From Trichinella spiralis (taxonomy: Eukaryota), in the NCBI RefSeq assembly GCF_000181795.1, contig NW_003526943.1, forward strand, positions 3,216,707 through 3,277,717: a stretch of 61,011 nt of DNA, read 5' to 3'. The notes beneath the pieces were generated by a model that was given only the letters and a program-made list of their open reading frames with translations, was not told the DNA's origin and did no database searches. The position numbers and the translations under genes were made by a program. How positions within the stretch are numbered: the first letter of the stretch is position 1; each line of letters starts with the position of its first letter. This document shows, piece by piece, positions 41,329-53,734 of this stretch.

Positions 41329-44300
41329 TCAGAGTCTTCTTGTAGCCAAACTGCTGGGAGTGGCACTTTGACAGCGGCTGATATCAGAACTAGTAGAGTT
41401 GGGAGTATCTTTGCACATCTCGCTTAATTTACTTTTAACGCATGCCATTTTATGTTTTCCATGTTTCAGTCTGTTCTGAAAATAAAAAAAATTATATTTA
41501 TATATGTATATAATTGTTTTCATGGACAAAAAAAATCATTTCACCGCAATGTGATCCCAACTTTCGACAAATATGTAACCCACTATTCCGATTAAAAGAA
41601 ATGACAATAAAATGTACAATTTGATGGTCATCGGAAACAACGAGTGATAAATAAGCGCAATCAAAAAGCCAACAGATTCCCAAAGGCGATAATTAGCAAC
41701 GGCAACTTCGAGATTTTGTTTAAATAATAATACCCACAAATCTGAAAGACAAAGATGAAAAAAAGAGCGAATGTGAAAAAGTGTGAAATAATTATTTTAC
41801 CGTGGATTTGAGTATTCCAAACACCGTCTGCCATTCCCCAGGTTGCTGCGACAACGTAAAATATAGCAGTGTCCGCCGGGTTTGGAGGCCATATTAATAA
41901 AGTGAATATCATCAGCATGTCCACGACTGCACCAAACATGAACAGTGGCATCCTTCCAAACAGTTGAATCAAAGGACCGAACAGTACTGAACAAATTGCG
42001 TTGCAGACACCAAAGCAGGTTAATATTGATCCAATGTGACTGATGCCTAAGCAACATCCGACATATCCCTAAATTTGAAAATAGAATTAATTTGAGTGTA
42101 CAATGATTGAAATTGGGCGTGATATTTGTACTTTGCTGAAATCGGCAGCTATGAACGCTTGCTCCATGCCGTTGAATATAGTGAGAGGAATGAGAAGAAG
42201 CGTGCGAGGCTGTTTGAGATGTTTGATTGTCGTTTTCCATACCTGGAAGAAAGCTTTAAAAAAGTGTTTTTTTAATAACTGAATTACTTCGAAATTAAAT
42301 CTTGGCTTCTTTTTCGAATTGGATAAATCTTTGCGAAGCTGATTCAAAAACAGACTCAAAACCATCACCGAAACGACAGTGCAGCAAAAGTAGACGCCGC
42401 ACAGAGAGCGGATGATGGAAATCGGTGGTCGTCGAAGATTTTTAGCAGCCGTCGGCGACAAGTGAAAAGCGTCGATGAAAAATTGACCACAAGTGTTGTC
42501 AACGGCGTCCAAAAGCTGCGGTCGGTCCGGCTGATCGGCCAGGGCTGCTTCCAATATCCAAGACGAGATCAGATTGCCGAACACTTGACCAAGGTGGACG
42601 ACCATGAAAAATATCCCAAAAAAGCGGACCATCACAATGTTCGGCGATTCGAAGTTCAACTCGGCGTAGTGGATGCCGGTTTCGGTCAGGTATGTGGATT
42701 TGGCTGCCCACAGTGGAGCCGACGCGAAGCCCATCGCCAAAGAGCCGGGTAACATACTGTACCAGGTGGTTCGGAAATTGATCAGCATGTACAGTGTGAA
42801 CATGGACATGGATACGATCATTGTCATTTTGCAGCCGATTCGATTGAGCAAATAGCCGGGCGTGAACAAGCACGACACAACGCTGCCCAAATAGATGCAG
42901 CTCAGAGAAACCGCGCCCAAATTCTGTTCCGCGTTGATGCTGGTTTGCAAATTTTGCAAGCCTTGAAAAGCGGATACTTCGAACAGAAAAGCGACGCTTA
43001 TTGTGATCAAATTTCTCATCACGGTCCATTTCTCGGTTTCACGCTTTTCCAGCTCTTCTTCCGGAATCGAAGCCCGCAGCCTCTTCCTCAACTGTTGGCT
43101 TTTCCAATAGTCGTCGGCTGCGTCGTCAATGGTCGCCCGGATCCAGGCGTTGTGGTCCAAGCTGCGTAACGGTCTGCGTGCCGAAGAGCGAAACTTCGAC
43201 GACCGTCTCTTCACATTGCCCGAACTTTGCATACAGTTTCTGCTTGCCAGCACTCTAGTAGAAGCGGACGGTTCGGCTACATCGGCAAAATCTTTCGGCA
43301 CCAACTGACCAAACGGACCGTGGACTGGACAAGGTGGTTCGGTGGTCACTGAACTGTTAACACGCGAACCGTAATCACTAGCCGTCATGAAGCCATTGCT
43401 ACTCTGGCTAATGCTGTCCAACTGTGCAACGGTTCCTTGCTCAGTTTGAGATTTGGACTGAAATAAATTTCAAAATTAACTTCCTCCCCTATTTTTTTTA
43501 TCTTCTTTTATCTTGATATCCTTCATCATCGTATATAATCAATCTTATGCTTTAATCAAAAGTTATCCATCTGTCTATATCTAAAATAGATATATATATA
43601 TATTTATATTCATATTCATATTCATATTTATGTTTGCTCAATTTATATAAGAAATTGGTATTGTAAATACTTGAATACACTGTTAACTTTTCCCATTTTA
43701 AGCTATTGCTAGCTAAACTCTTCAAAATTTCAACTAATTGTTTCATCATGAACTAAAGTACAAAAAAAGAATAGCTGTTATAAATTTCATTTCACAAATT
43801 GACTTTATTCAAGTAAACACTCATAAAACACATTAAAGTAAATAAATAAATATTAAGCATGCATTTCAATATAAACAAATCGAAAACGTAATATCAAATT
43901 ATGCTCAACGCTTTAAACTCTGTCTTTATTCTTAATGTATGAATTTAAAGAACACAAACATTCATAATCAATGTTCAGTATATTAGAATGTGTGAAATGT
44001 ATCTGTTCAACTCATACACCTCACCTATACATATGTTTATTATTTGATTATTAACTAACACATTTTTACAAACAATAAGTGTGCGAAGTAAACAATTATG
44101 CTAATAAAGAGTTATAATTTTATTTGATAATAAATCATTTCTTAATCAAAATAAACAACAGCCTTGGGTGTAATTTTTCTGAGAAGAAATGTAAATTGAT
44201 TAAAATATCTAAATTATTCTTTCTTATTGTTAAAAATATTATTCGTTATATCATAGGATATTTTTTAATTTCTAAAAAATATATGTCGCAAATTCTCACC

Positions 44301-44347
44301 AGTTGAGAAATGTCGTTTTCTAAATTTCCGGCATTCAACTCCAACAT
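41329..44347 (-). CDS. unc-93: UNC-93 family MFS-like channel regulatory protein
   Basis: Exons 44347-44300, 43457-42288, 42242-42132, 42068-41801, 41741-41545, 41475-41329. Motifs AFQGLQNLQTSIN, APLWAAKSTYLT, RFFGIFF, GNLISS, GMEQAF, GYVGCCLGI, WGMADGVWNTQI, ANYRLWESVGF. Confidence 0.94.
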
Positions 44348-47000
44348 TGTCAGATCATTATTTCACAGCAGTATTTATTGTAAAAGGTGTTTTATGAAAA
44401 AGTTTTATTTTCAAATACGAAATCCGAAGAAACGAATGAGTGTTCAAATAATGAGCAAAGAGGAAAATTGAGAATTTGCAAGACGAAAGTCAATTGTAAT
44501 TGGAATCAGCATATGGCCATCAGTCAGAATGCCTGCGAATCCTGAAGCTGCTGACAGCGTTAAAATATTTGCAACAGATGTGTTAGTCTTAGCAAGCCAA
44601 GCGACTCATAATGAAGAACAAACGAAGCAAATGACGACAAATTGTGAAGATGGGTATTTTTTGTGAACAAGTGAAAAAGGCAACGTCACGTTTAATGCCA
44701 CGTTAATGTCCTCTTTTATGTTATCCAAAACTTATTTTTTTTACTCTTTATATATAAAGGCAACATTTGCCAATTTATAATATTCAATTTTGACTTGGTT
44801 CAAGTGATTGAAATAGTAATATTCAATGCGTTTTACATGTTTTGGAATTTCTTGAAAACATCTTCTAGCATTACTATTCTTAATTTGTCTGACTTATTTG
44901 TTCTTTTACATTTTTTTAGTTTTGAGTAAACTTTTATCAATCAAAAATACCAAATGACGTTTTTAAGCAATACAACATACAGCTTTTATAATAACCATAC
45001 GATTTTGAAGTAAACCTTACCTCCAATTATTGTTATAAATATATTTATTTATTTTTATTTATAACAATTTAAGTTTTAATATTGTAGATAATATCTACAT
45101 GTAATAGCATATGAACTATAATAATATAATGTAATATATTATATTAAATCATTTCAGAAGCGACTTTCTTTGAATTTGCATAATAACTAAAGCTGTCTCG
45201 CAAACTGCTCTATATTTTTAAAAAATTTTGTAATCAGTCAATAAAAATATATACTTCGAAATACAATAAAATACGACTAAATCCTCCTTAATTGATAGAT
45301 TTTTTAATTCTTCTTGTATTATTTGTCAGTAAAGCATGAAGATGTTTATATAAATCACATTCATACACTGCTCAGATTAACAGATGAAAAACTATTATAT
45401 ATCAAACTTGTGAAATATTACAAATAATATAAAAAATTATTAATGTTCAACACTTTTCTGTTCATATAGTACTGAGGATTTTTCAAGTGTATATTCAAGA
45501 CCTTAAATTCACTATTTATAAATGTAAATATAAATATAAATAAATATATATGTATATATAAGATAAAAACAAAAATTAATGTGATAAATCAAAAGTAGCA
45601 GAGAACTGATTTATCATTTGTCTCGTTACTAATGTTACGTCAAGCTTTCCAATTTGATTTTCATTTATATTCATTCAACATGTCGATAGCATTTGGCTCA
45701 GATGCTCTGCGACGCAGCCGTTTTTGGGACTGAACATATAATACAGCAGAAACTGCTTAACTGTAGATAAAGAAAAGACAAATCTTGCCTAATTTTTGAT
45801 TTTCTGCTTCGTATAATTTTTTGTAGTTTCCTCAAACATGCGAATTTTTATTATTTTCAATAAGCGTACCGGCTTGTTGATTTAATGCCAGTTTATGTTT
45901 TTGTTAGTTATCGAGAGCAATCAAATCATTTTATTGATGCATCCATTTCATTAAAATTTAAATAAAAAACTTCAAAATTAATCTGAAACAGATGTTGATG
46001 TTTTCCGTTGAACATTGCAAATTTGTAACTGAATTCTTCTAAAATGTTTTGAAAGTTTTAACCATTGAAGCCAAATGTAATGCGTATTACTGAAGTTGCC
46101 AGTGGCAATCAACAGAAAAAAAAGAAACGGCGTAGCGCATCAAAATTATCTGCATTTGTAATTTGCTTATTTGTAAAATTAAAGTTGAACCATTTCTGAT
46201 TCAAAAAAAACTTAAACGTTAAAGCTTAGCGAATTCAAATTGTCGATTGAGAAATTTGAAAAATTTTCCGGTTATTTTCTTATTCATCAACTTCATGTCA
46301 TATTATTCGTTGCTTTTTTGTAAAAATCCATAATGTTTTATAAATAAAAGCGAAATATAAGTGAATATAAATATTTTATAAATGTAATTATATAAATTTT
46401 AATACATTTTCAAATATAATTTTGAATAAAAATGAGCTGAGAAACAGATGCTATGAACATGGTCAACTTGTTGCACTTATACCTGTAAATGCAGAGACTT
46501 GCAAAATTAACATGTTTATTATTTAACGGCACCAATGATAAACAAAATGTTAACATGACATAGAAGCATTACAGGAAAATGAAACTGATAAAACTAATAA
46601 AAATACATCAGAAATAAAAAAATATGAAGCACACTGATCGTTCATTTTCAAATACATATCACATAAATTATGTAGGACCATTAGAGTTATGGCAAACCAC
46701 CCGCCGTTTATATACTTGGAGCATTTACGTCGTAGAAAATTCAGATATAACAAGATAAATAAGATGAAAAAACATTTATGCAATATTTATGCATTTATGT
46801 TTATTTTTTGTTTACTAAAAAAATAAATGAAACGATAAAAAGTAACTTTTAAGGAAAAAGAATTCGATCACATTATTAATATTTACAATAAATATTTACA
46901 ACACAGAAGAAAATCAAGTCTGTTGTTATGAATTACTGTACTGTTTCCAAATGATTTTGTGAATGGAATAACTTTTATTTTATAACAAGCAAAGTCTGCA

Positions 47001-49560
47001 ATGGATATCAGTGGAAATGAAAATAAATCTGATAGCTCAGTTTATGTTGATCTAAATGCAGACGATCAAGAGCAACTGCCATCTGAAATTGAATCGCTAT
47101 GCATGAACTGTCATGAAACAGTTTGTCTTTATATAAAGCTTTACTCCAAAGAAGATTTAAACCCGTTCTTTTTAGGGAATAACTAAAATTCTTGTGACGA
47201 AAATTCCTTTATGGAAAGAAGTAATACTATTGTCTTTCGAATGTGATAAATGTGGATATAAGAATAATGAAGTGTCGTCTGGTGGCAAAGTTCAAGAGTT
47301 TGGCTTGAGACTTCAGTTGAAAATTTTAAACAAATTGGTATTTCCTGAAATGCTTCATTTAATTAAATTAAATTACCACAATTAACAGTATTTTTTGATG
47401 TAAATTTCTGTTTTAGGATTTGAACCGTCAAGTTGTTAAGTCAGAATATGCTACTGTTTCTTTGCCTGAGCTGGAATTTGAAATACCTGCTGGGGAACAT
47501 ACTGGAGGTATAAATTTGTCAACAAAGAAACATTTTAATTTAGCTGTGCTGTTCAGAAATAACCACACTAGAGGGCATTATTTTACGAGCGAAATCTTCT
47601 TTGTCTGAAGTTATTGAAGATAGACAAGTGAGATATACTGTATTTATTTATACCATTAATTTACACATACATAGGTTTCCAAAGATGTAAAGGAAAAATT
47701 GATAACTTTTGTTGATAAATTGTCCCAGTTGATTAACTGTGAAACAGAATTTTCAATGGTGAGTTGTACTTACACTTAATTTGATTGCAATATTGCAGTA
47801 TTACATTGAATGGTAAACTTGACATATTTTTTACATTTTTAATTACTGAAATTCATTTCCTTTGTATGCCAAGCTTTTTTTACCGCAACGTAATGTGTAA
47901 TATAATAATGGATAATTTATAACTGAAAAGTTAGTTAAATTTTTGAGTAGACACCTCGAACAATGTTTCTTTTCTGTCAAAAGTCACTTTTATATTGCTA
48001 GAATACTATTAATTACAGTATGTGATCATCAGGTATGTCGGTACAAATACAATAACAACATTAAACCTTATTTTAATATGAATTTACTTTTAGAAATTTG
48101 TTATTTTAAAATGTTTCTTAATTCAGTCGTCATAGAATCTTTTAATTGAATTTATTTTATAAATTTATGAATATTTATGATTAAAATTTTGTTTAGCTAT
48201 TGTCATATTACATATTATAACAGTTTTACTGATTTAATTGTAAATATTTTTGAAATAAACGTCTACTATTTTAAAATATATTTTAGATCATTGATGATCC
48301 CAGTGGTAACAGTTTTATAGAGAATCCTCATCCAGAGAAAATTGATACGCAGTTAACAACGATTCATTATCACCGATCGTTGCAGCAAGAAAAGCTTCTT
48401 GGTTTAGTTGCCGACGACGTTGAAGAATCAAACGATGAGGATGCGCCTCCTGTTTGGGAATCACGGGAAGCGATTCGAAATGAAGTAAGCTGAATTTTTT
48501 CTTTATTTACTTTGATATTTAATTTGCGGAAAATGCAAAATGTACTCGAATAAGTTATTGCGTAGACGTTCTGTTTAATTGTTTGCAACATTTTACTGAA
48601 TGGAATAAAATTCAGTCGTTTTTGTAGAGCTGACCTTGTAAGCTGTTGTTTGAATTTTTGCTATAAACTTAGAATGAAGAATAATTATTAGTCAATAACA
48701 GGTGCTGCATTTTTCGGTGGATTGTCCAAACTGCTTGAAGCAAGCCGAAACGAATATGAAATTCATTAGTAACCATTTTAGCTAAAGTGGTACAATCTGA
48801 GTAATGCTTAATTTAAAATTTAAATGATGTTTAGATATTCCTTACTTCAAAGAGGTTATTATAATGGCCACTTGTTGCGAACATTGTGGACATCGAACAA
48901 ATGAAGTAAAATCTGCATCTGGTATTGCCGAAAGAGGCATCAAATTAACATTGCATGTTGTCGATACTTGCGATTTGACCAGAGACATATTGAAATCAGA
49001 AAACTGCTTTCTTTATATCCCAGAATTGGAACTGGAAGTTGGCATGGGCATAGTTGGCAGTAAATTTACTACTGTAGAAGGTTTGCTGAAATCTTTGAAA
49101 GAAACAGTAAAATCTATTTTAGATAAATATAAATTTCTTTATGACCTCAGTTTTTTGTATAGTTTGAAAATCAATCCTGTTTTTCTCTTGGTGACAGTGC
49201 TTCACCAGATCAACAGCAGCGCATGAGAAGCTTTTTAGAAAAGCTCGACCAAGCAAGTCAAGGAAAATTTGCATATCATTTGATTTTCGACGACCCGTCA
49301 GGGAACAGTTACATTGAAGTGAGAAACTGATTAATTAATTATAATTAATTATAATGTAGTTTTGGAAATTTTAAACTGTTACAAAGTCATCGATTGATTG
49401 TTCATATTTGAAGAGTTTAACTGCACCGAATCCAGACTCAAAGTTGAAAGTTGAATTTTACGAACGAAGCTGGGAACAGAATGAAGAACTTGGATTAAAC
49501 GATATGAATACAGAAAATTACTCATCGGAAGTTGAGAAGCCACCAGAAACTTTCTCTTAA
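47001..49560 (+). CDS. ZPR1: Zinc finger protein ZPR1
   Basis: Multi-exon. [43 protein letters not shown], second finger CPNC...[39 protein letters not shown] at 49558-49560. Confidence 0.95.
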
Positions 49561-50389
49561 TTTTGATACTTTTCTTTTTATTGTGTCTGTTGTTGTTGGT
49601 GACTGTTGTAATGAAGTTTCTGATATAATTTGGTTTAAAAAAATTTACAACAGTTTTAATTAAGTTATGAACATTGTGAAAAATAAGAATCGTCATTTCA
49701 TCAGAGCAGACTTTTAGCAGAATTACTTTTCAATTTAAGCATACTTAAAATATTGAATTTCTATTTTCCACGTGATGTTCTTTGTTGTTTATTGGTTAAA
49801 TAAAAAATGTACTTAATGTACTCTTGTATAATTTAGAATGTTTAAAGTTTATTTTTTAGTGATTTCTTTTTAATCAATTATACGAAATATTATTTTGCAA
49901 TTTCAATAGATCTCCTATTTTACTTGAATTTCTTATTGTACTGTATTGTGTGTCAAAATTTGAGCGTTTGATACAGGGTTTTTAGATCGTAATTTTACTT
50001 GAGCGTTTTATTTTACAAGTGAACACATATTGTTTTACATCAAAAATGGTACAAAGCAGAGTTGACAATTCTGGTAAGCGAGCACTGTTTTTCAAAAGTA
50101 GTACTATAAAAATGTCAGATGTGCTGTGAATAAAATTTATTTTAAGAAATTGTTGGAAGTTTTGAAAAAATTTTGTTAACTAAATTTTGTTGTTCTTATT
50201 AATAATTTTAAATATGATATGTTTCAAAACGTCTAAAGTAATAACATGTAATAAACTATCATTGCTGTTTTTAAAGTTATTTTCTTGCTACATACAAATA
50301 TTTTATATAATTTTTTTAAATGTATATCTGAAATTGGCTGGTACAGATTTGTTATGCTTAAAAAATGTTTGAATTGCTTTTGTAGATAT

Positions 50390-50449
50390 ACTACAAAAGA
50401 CTACATAACATACTAGACATACTAGACTACATAACATTACTAGACATTA
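50390..50449 (+). repeat. Degenerate tandem repeat (actacataacat / actagacat units)
   Basis: Repeated gactacataacat and actagacat units are visible. Confidence 0.6.
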
Positions 50450-50699
50450 TGATCGTCGGGTGTTGACTTGTCGAACAGAATATTGTTTCATGTACATCAT
50501 ATATGTGCTGAAAAGATTGTTTTATGTTGTATACGAATAAAAGAACCTTTTTCTAATAGAAAATGTCTTTCGTATGTAAATGTAAAATTTGATAACTGCA
50601 AATTTCGTTAAATACAGTAATACAGTATAGATAAAGGCAAATCAAGATTGTATAGTGGTTTTGAAAAATGATTTTAAATTTCTAGAAAAGTGTGTTAAA

Positions 50700-51455
50700 A
50701 TGGTGAATACTTGTGTTTTGGACAATTTTGGCTCGAAGGTGATGTTTGTTCCAATGAACGATCAAATTCATGAATTGCATACAATCATTCGTGATAAGTG
50801 CACATCGCAGGGTGATTTCGTGTTTTACTCGGATCGGCTTATTCGACTCGTTTTGGAAGAAAGTTTAAATTTGCTACCCTATTCACCGTGGACAGTTGTA
50901 TCGCCCACGGGTTTCTCTTACGACGGGCTGAGATTTTCCAGCGGCAACTGCAGTGTCAGCATCATTCGTAGTGGTATGTATGCCTGCGTGTGTGTGTGTG
51001 TGTGTGTATGCTATTTTCAAATTTCATCAAACTGATTATAAAGTATTGAATTGGTGAACAATTGTGATCGCTCACGACAATTTGTAGGTGGAGTGATGGA
51101 AAAAGGTCTTCGTGAATGTTGTCGATCTATGCGTATTGGGAAAATTTTGATTCAAAAAGACGCGGACAGTGGTGAAGTGAAGGTTGTTTATTCGAAATTA
51201 GTTCAAGATATACAACGCAGACACGTTCTCTTACTTTATCCAATCATGAATACGGGCAAGACGGTGCACAAAGCTATGCAAGTGTTGATCGACAACAAGG
51301 TGAAGCCGTGCAATGTGATATTGGTGAATTTGTTCTGCACGCCGTCCAGTTTGCACTATTTAAGTGACGTGATGCCGGAGTTGAGCATTGTCACGTCCGA
51401 ATGCAGTCTGGATCCGCCCAACTATTTCTGTACGAAATATTTCGGTACTGACTGA
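50700..51455 (+). CDS. UPRT: Uracil phosphoribosyltransferase homolog (metazoan type)
   Basis: Exons 50700-50973 and 51088-51455. ELHTIIRDK, DFVFYSDRLIRLVLEE, VSIIRSG, GLRECCRSMRIGKILIQ, LLLYPIMNTG, KYFGTD*. A (GT)n run lies in the intron. Confidence 0.95.
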
Positions 51456-52722
51456 GCATTTTTCCCCATCCACCTCTATATATATACATATATATATATA
51501 TACCTGTATGTATGTATGCGTTGTATCTCGTAAAAAAGCAAAACAAAAAAATAACGATTCATTTTAACGAACAGTTCGAGCGTAGATGATTAAAAATGAA
51601 AGAGGATTGTGAGCGGAAAGGGAAAATGCCGGCCGGCTAATGGCGAAAGATGTGTTTAAACGGTTGCACTTTTGCAGGTCAGCGTAGCGGAGAAGAACCA
51701 AGCGGCAGGCCAACAATGCGCTGGTGATTCCCTCATTGTGCTGCAGTTTGGCGATGCGCTTGTCGTTTATTTGTTAAAAAATTATTATATCTATCATGTT
51801 ATTTACGAGAGAGAGGTTACGGTGTATTTGTTTGCATTCATAAAAAAGGTTTTCGAAGCACTTTAGAAGAAGAATAAAAAACAAATAAACAAACAAACAA
51901 ACGACAACAAAACATCCTCTGAACAGTGTGGTATTTTTTAACGACAGTTTATTCGGTTTCTTTTTCTTCTGCAAAATTTAACTCACATAACACCAGTATA
52001 TCACCATTAAATTCGAACAGATTTGTTCGTTGAAATTAACGAATGGGTCGGTTTTACAAATAAATACAGGGCTAATTTATCATGTTCAAATTTATGAGCA
52101 CAAAAGTGAACAATTCAAAGCAGCTAGTCGAGCAAACAGTGTTTTATTGGATGATCATGAATTGAATATTGAATTTTTCAAGCAAAAGCTATTGCTAATA
52201 AATGCTGAACAATTTGCAATGAAATGGTGAAGTTCAGTTGCAGCACTTTTTCTGTTTTTATGCTCAAAAGCGCCAATAACTTGAATCAACAAAAAAACAA
52301 TTCGATTTACCGTAGCAATCACTGCATGAAACAATTTATTAATCAAATAATTGCATAATGTCCAAAGTTGATCATTTTTTCATTGAATACTGTAATTAAT
52401 ATTAGGCAAGTAAATTTGCTAAACATTTCAAACTTGGCATTCTGAAAAGATTTGTTTTAAATAAAACTGCAGTATTTTCATTATTGTTGTAAATTAAAGC
52501 ATCACAATGTTAATATTATTTTAAAAAGTTACAGTAGAAACATTTGCAGAGTTAAATTTGAAAAATTGAATGCAATATGAATTTATTAATAACCCAACTT
52601 GGAAATGCGACTGCGTGTTTATGTCACAATTCAAGCAACAAATTAATTTTTGTGCTTGAACTCTTAGAGTAAGGAAATTAAATACAGGAAGTGATATTCC
52701 TGATTATCACACAATTTTTTGC

Positions 52723-52791
52723 GAGGGTAAAGGTCTTCCGCGGCGTTTATCCTACTTTTGATAAAACGCCGGCAGTGTGAGATCTGCCCTC
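52723..52791. ncRNA. Candidate structured RNA or pre-miRNA-like hairpin
   Basis: 69-nt GC-rich fold-back: gagggta/tgccctc, ggtctt/gagatc and cggcgtttatc/gataaaacgccg, with an 8-nt loop. Confidence 0.35.
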
Positions 52792-53372
52792 ATATATATG
52801 TGTATTTTATTTGATAAAAGTGCACTTATTCAATGAGGAAATAAAATAATAATCGTGATATAATTTCACTGTAATTTTATTTAAAAAATGAAGAAGAGCA
52901 CTGTTTTTGAATTTTTCACAAAAGATGTAAATGAAATTAATAAATACTGATGATGAACAGGAGCAAACTGATAAAATAGCAGAGATGAAGTGGGAGAAAG
53001 TTTCCTTTTAAGCATTAAATTAATTATGCTTTTCAGTGAAAAACAACAGATTCAGTGTCAGTTTAGTGAGTCATTGACGATAATGACGCGATTCAACAGA
53101 AAGTGCTTTGGAAGAAAAAGCGGTTCAGCAGGAAAATTCAATTTACACTTAGAATTAAATTAAGCTGGTCAGTTAAACGGCAGTTTGTTCTGGCTAAAAC
53201 AAATTTCAATAAAGGATGATAAAATTGTATTCACTTTTATTATTCAATCACTGCGATAAATGGGGAAATTGCTTTTCTATTGTCATTCATGCAAGCTAAT
53301 AAAATTGCCAAGACGGTGACGCAGATTTACAAATGAAGATACTCTCGCTTATTCATATGAACTGACATCAAA

Positions 53373-53734
53373 ATGAACACCACCATTGCAAATGAACATC
53401 AGCAACATCTATTGGTACAGGTAGAGAGTGATTTATTGAAATTGCAAAAATAATTAAATTTATTAATTTTTAATATTTTATTTTCTTTGACAAGAAAAAA
53501 GAACGTAGTGCAAATCAGCTAGTAGATCGAAGGCGTTGCCGTCGTACGTCCATCCTTTACCGACAAGCTCATGCAAGCCGTGAACGAAGTCGTGTTGAAT
53601 CTTTCAATCGTGCTTTTGAACAGCTTCGTCGTCTGCTTCCAACACTTCCACCCGATAAAAAGCTCACCAAAATTGAAATTCTTCGTCTAGCTATATCCTA
53701 CATGACTTATCTCGATTGTATATTGATGTTGTGA
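53373..53734 (+). CDS. NHLH/NSCL/HLH4C-type bHLH transcription factor (hlh-15-like)
   Basis: Exons 53373-53420 (tentative) and 53495-53734. YRQAHASRERSRVESFNRAFEQLRRLLPTLPPDKKLTKIEILRLAISYMTYL. Not in the ORF track. Confidence 0.92.

Noticed and set aside
42462..43169. Overlapping ORFs within unc-93 exon 2
   Set aside because: Same shadow effect in a GC-rich exon.
46095..46109. X-box-like GTTGCCAGTGGCAAT
   Set aside because: Imperfect right half, 3-nt spacer, and far from any recognised ciliary gene start.
43552..46783. Short AT-rich ORFs in the unc-93 intron and the unc-93/ZPR1 intergenic region
   Set aside because: Low-complexity I/K/N/F/Y-rich translations typical of non-coding AT-rich DNA.
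50390..50449. CRISPR-like or other repeat-spacer array
   Set aside because: Only short degenerate tandem units without unique spacers, in a eukaryotic context.
52723..52791. Assignment of the hairpin as a Y RNA/sbRNA or as miR-34
   Set aside because: It has TTATC and GGCAGTGTG sub-motifs but lacks the Ro-binding bulged stem and the rest of miR-34; kept only as an unassigned hairpin.
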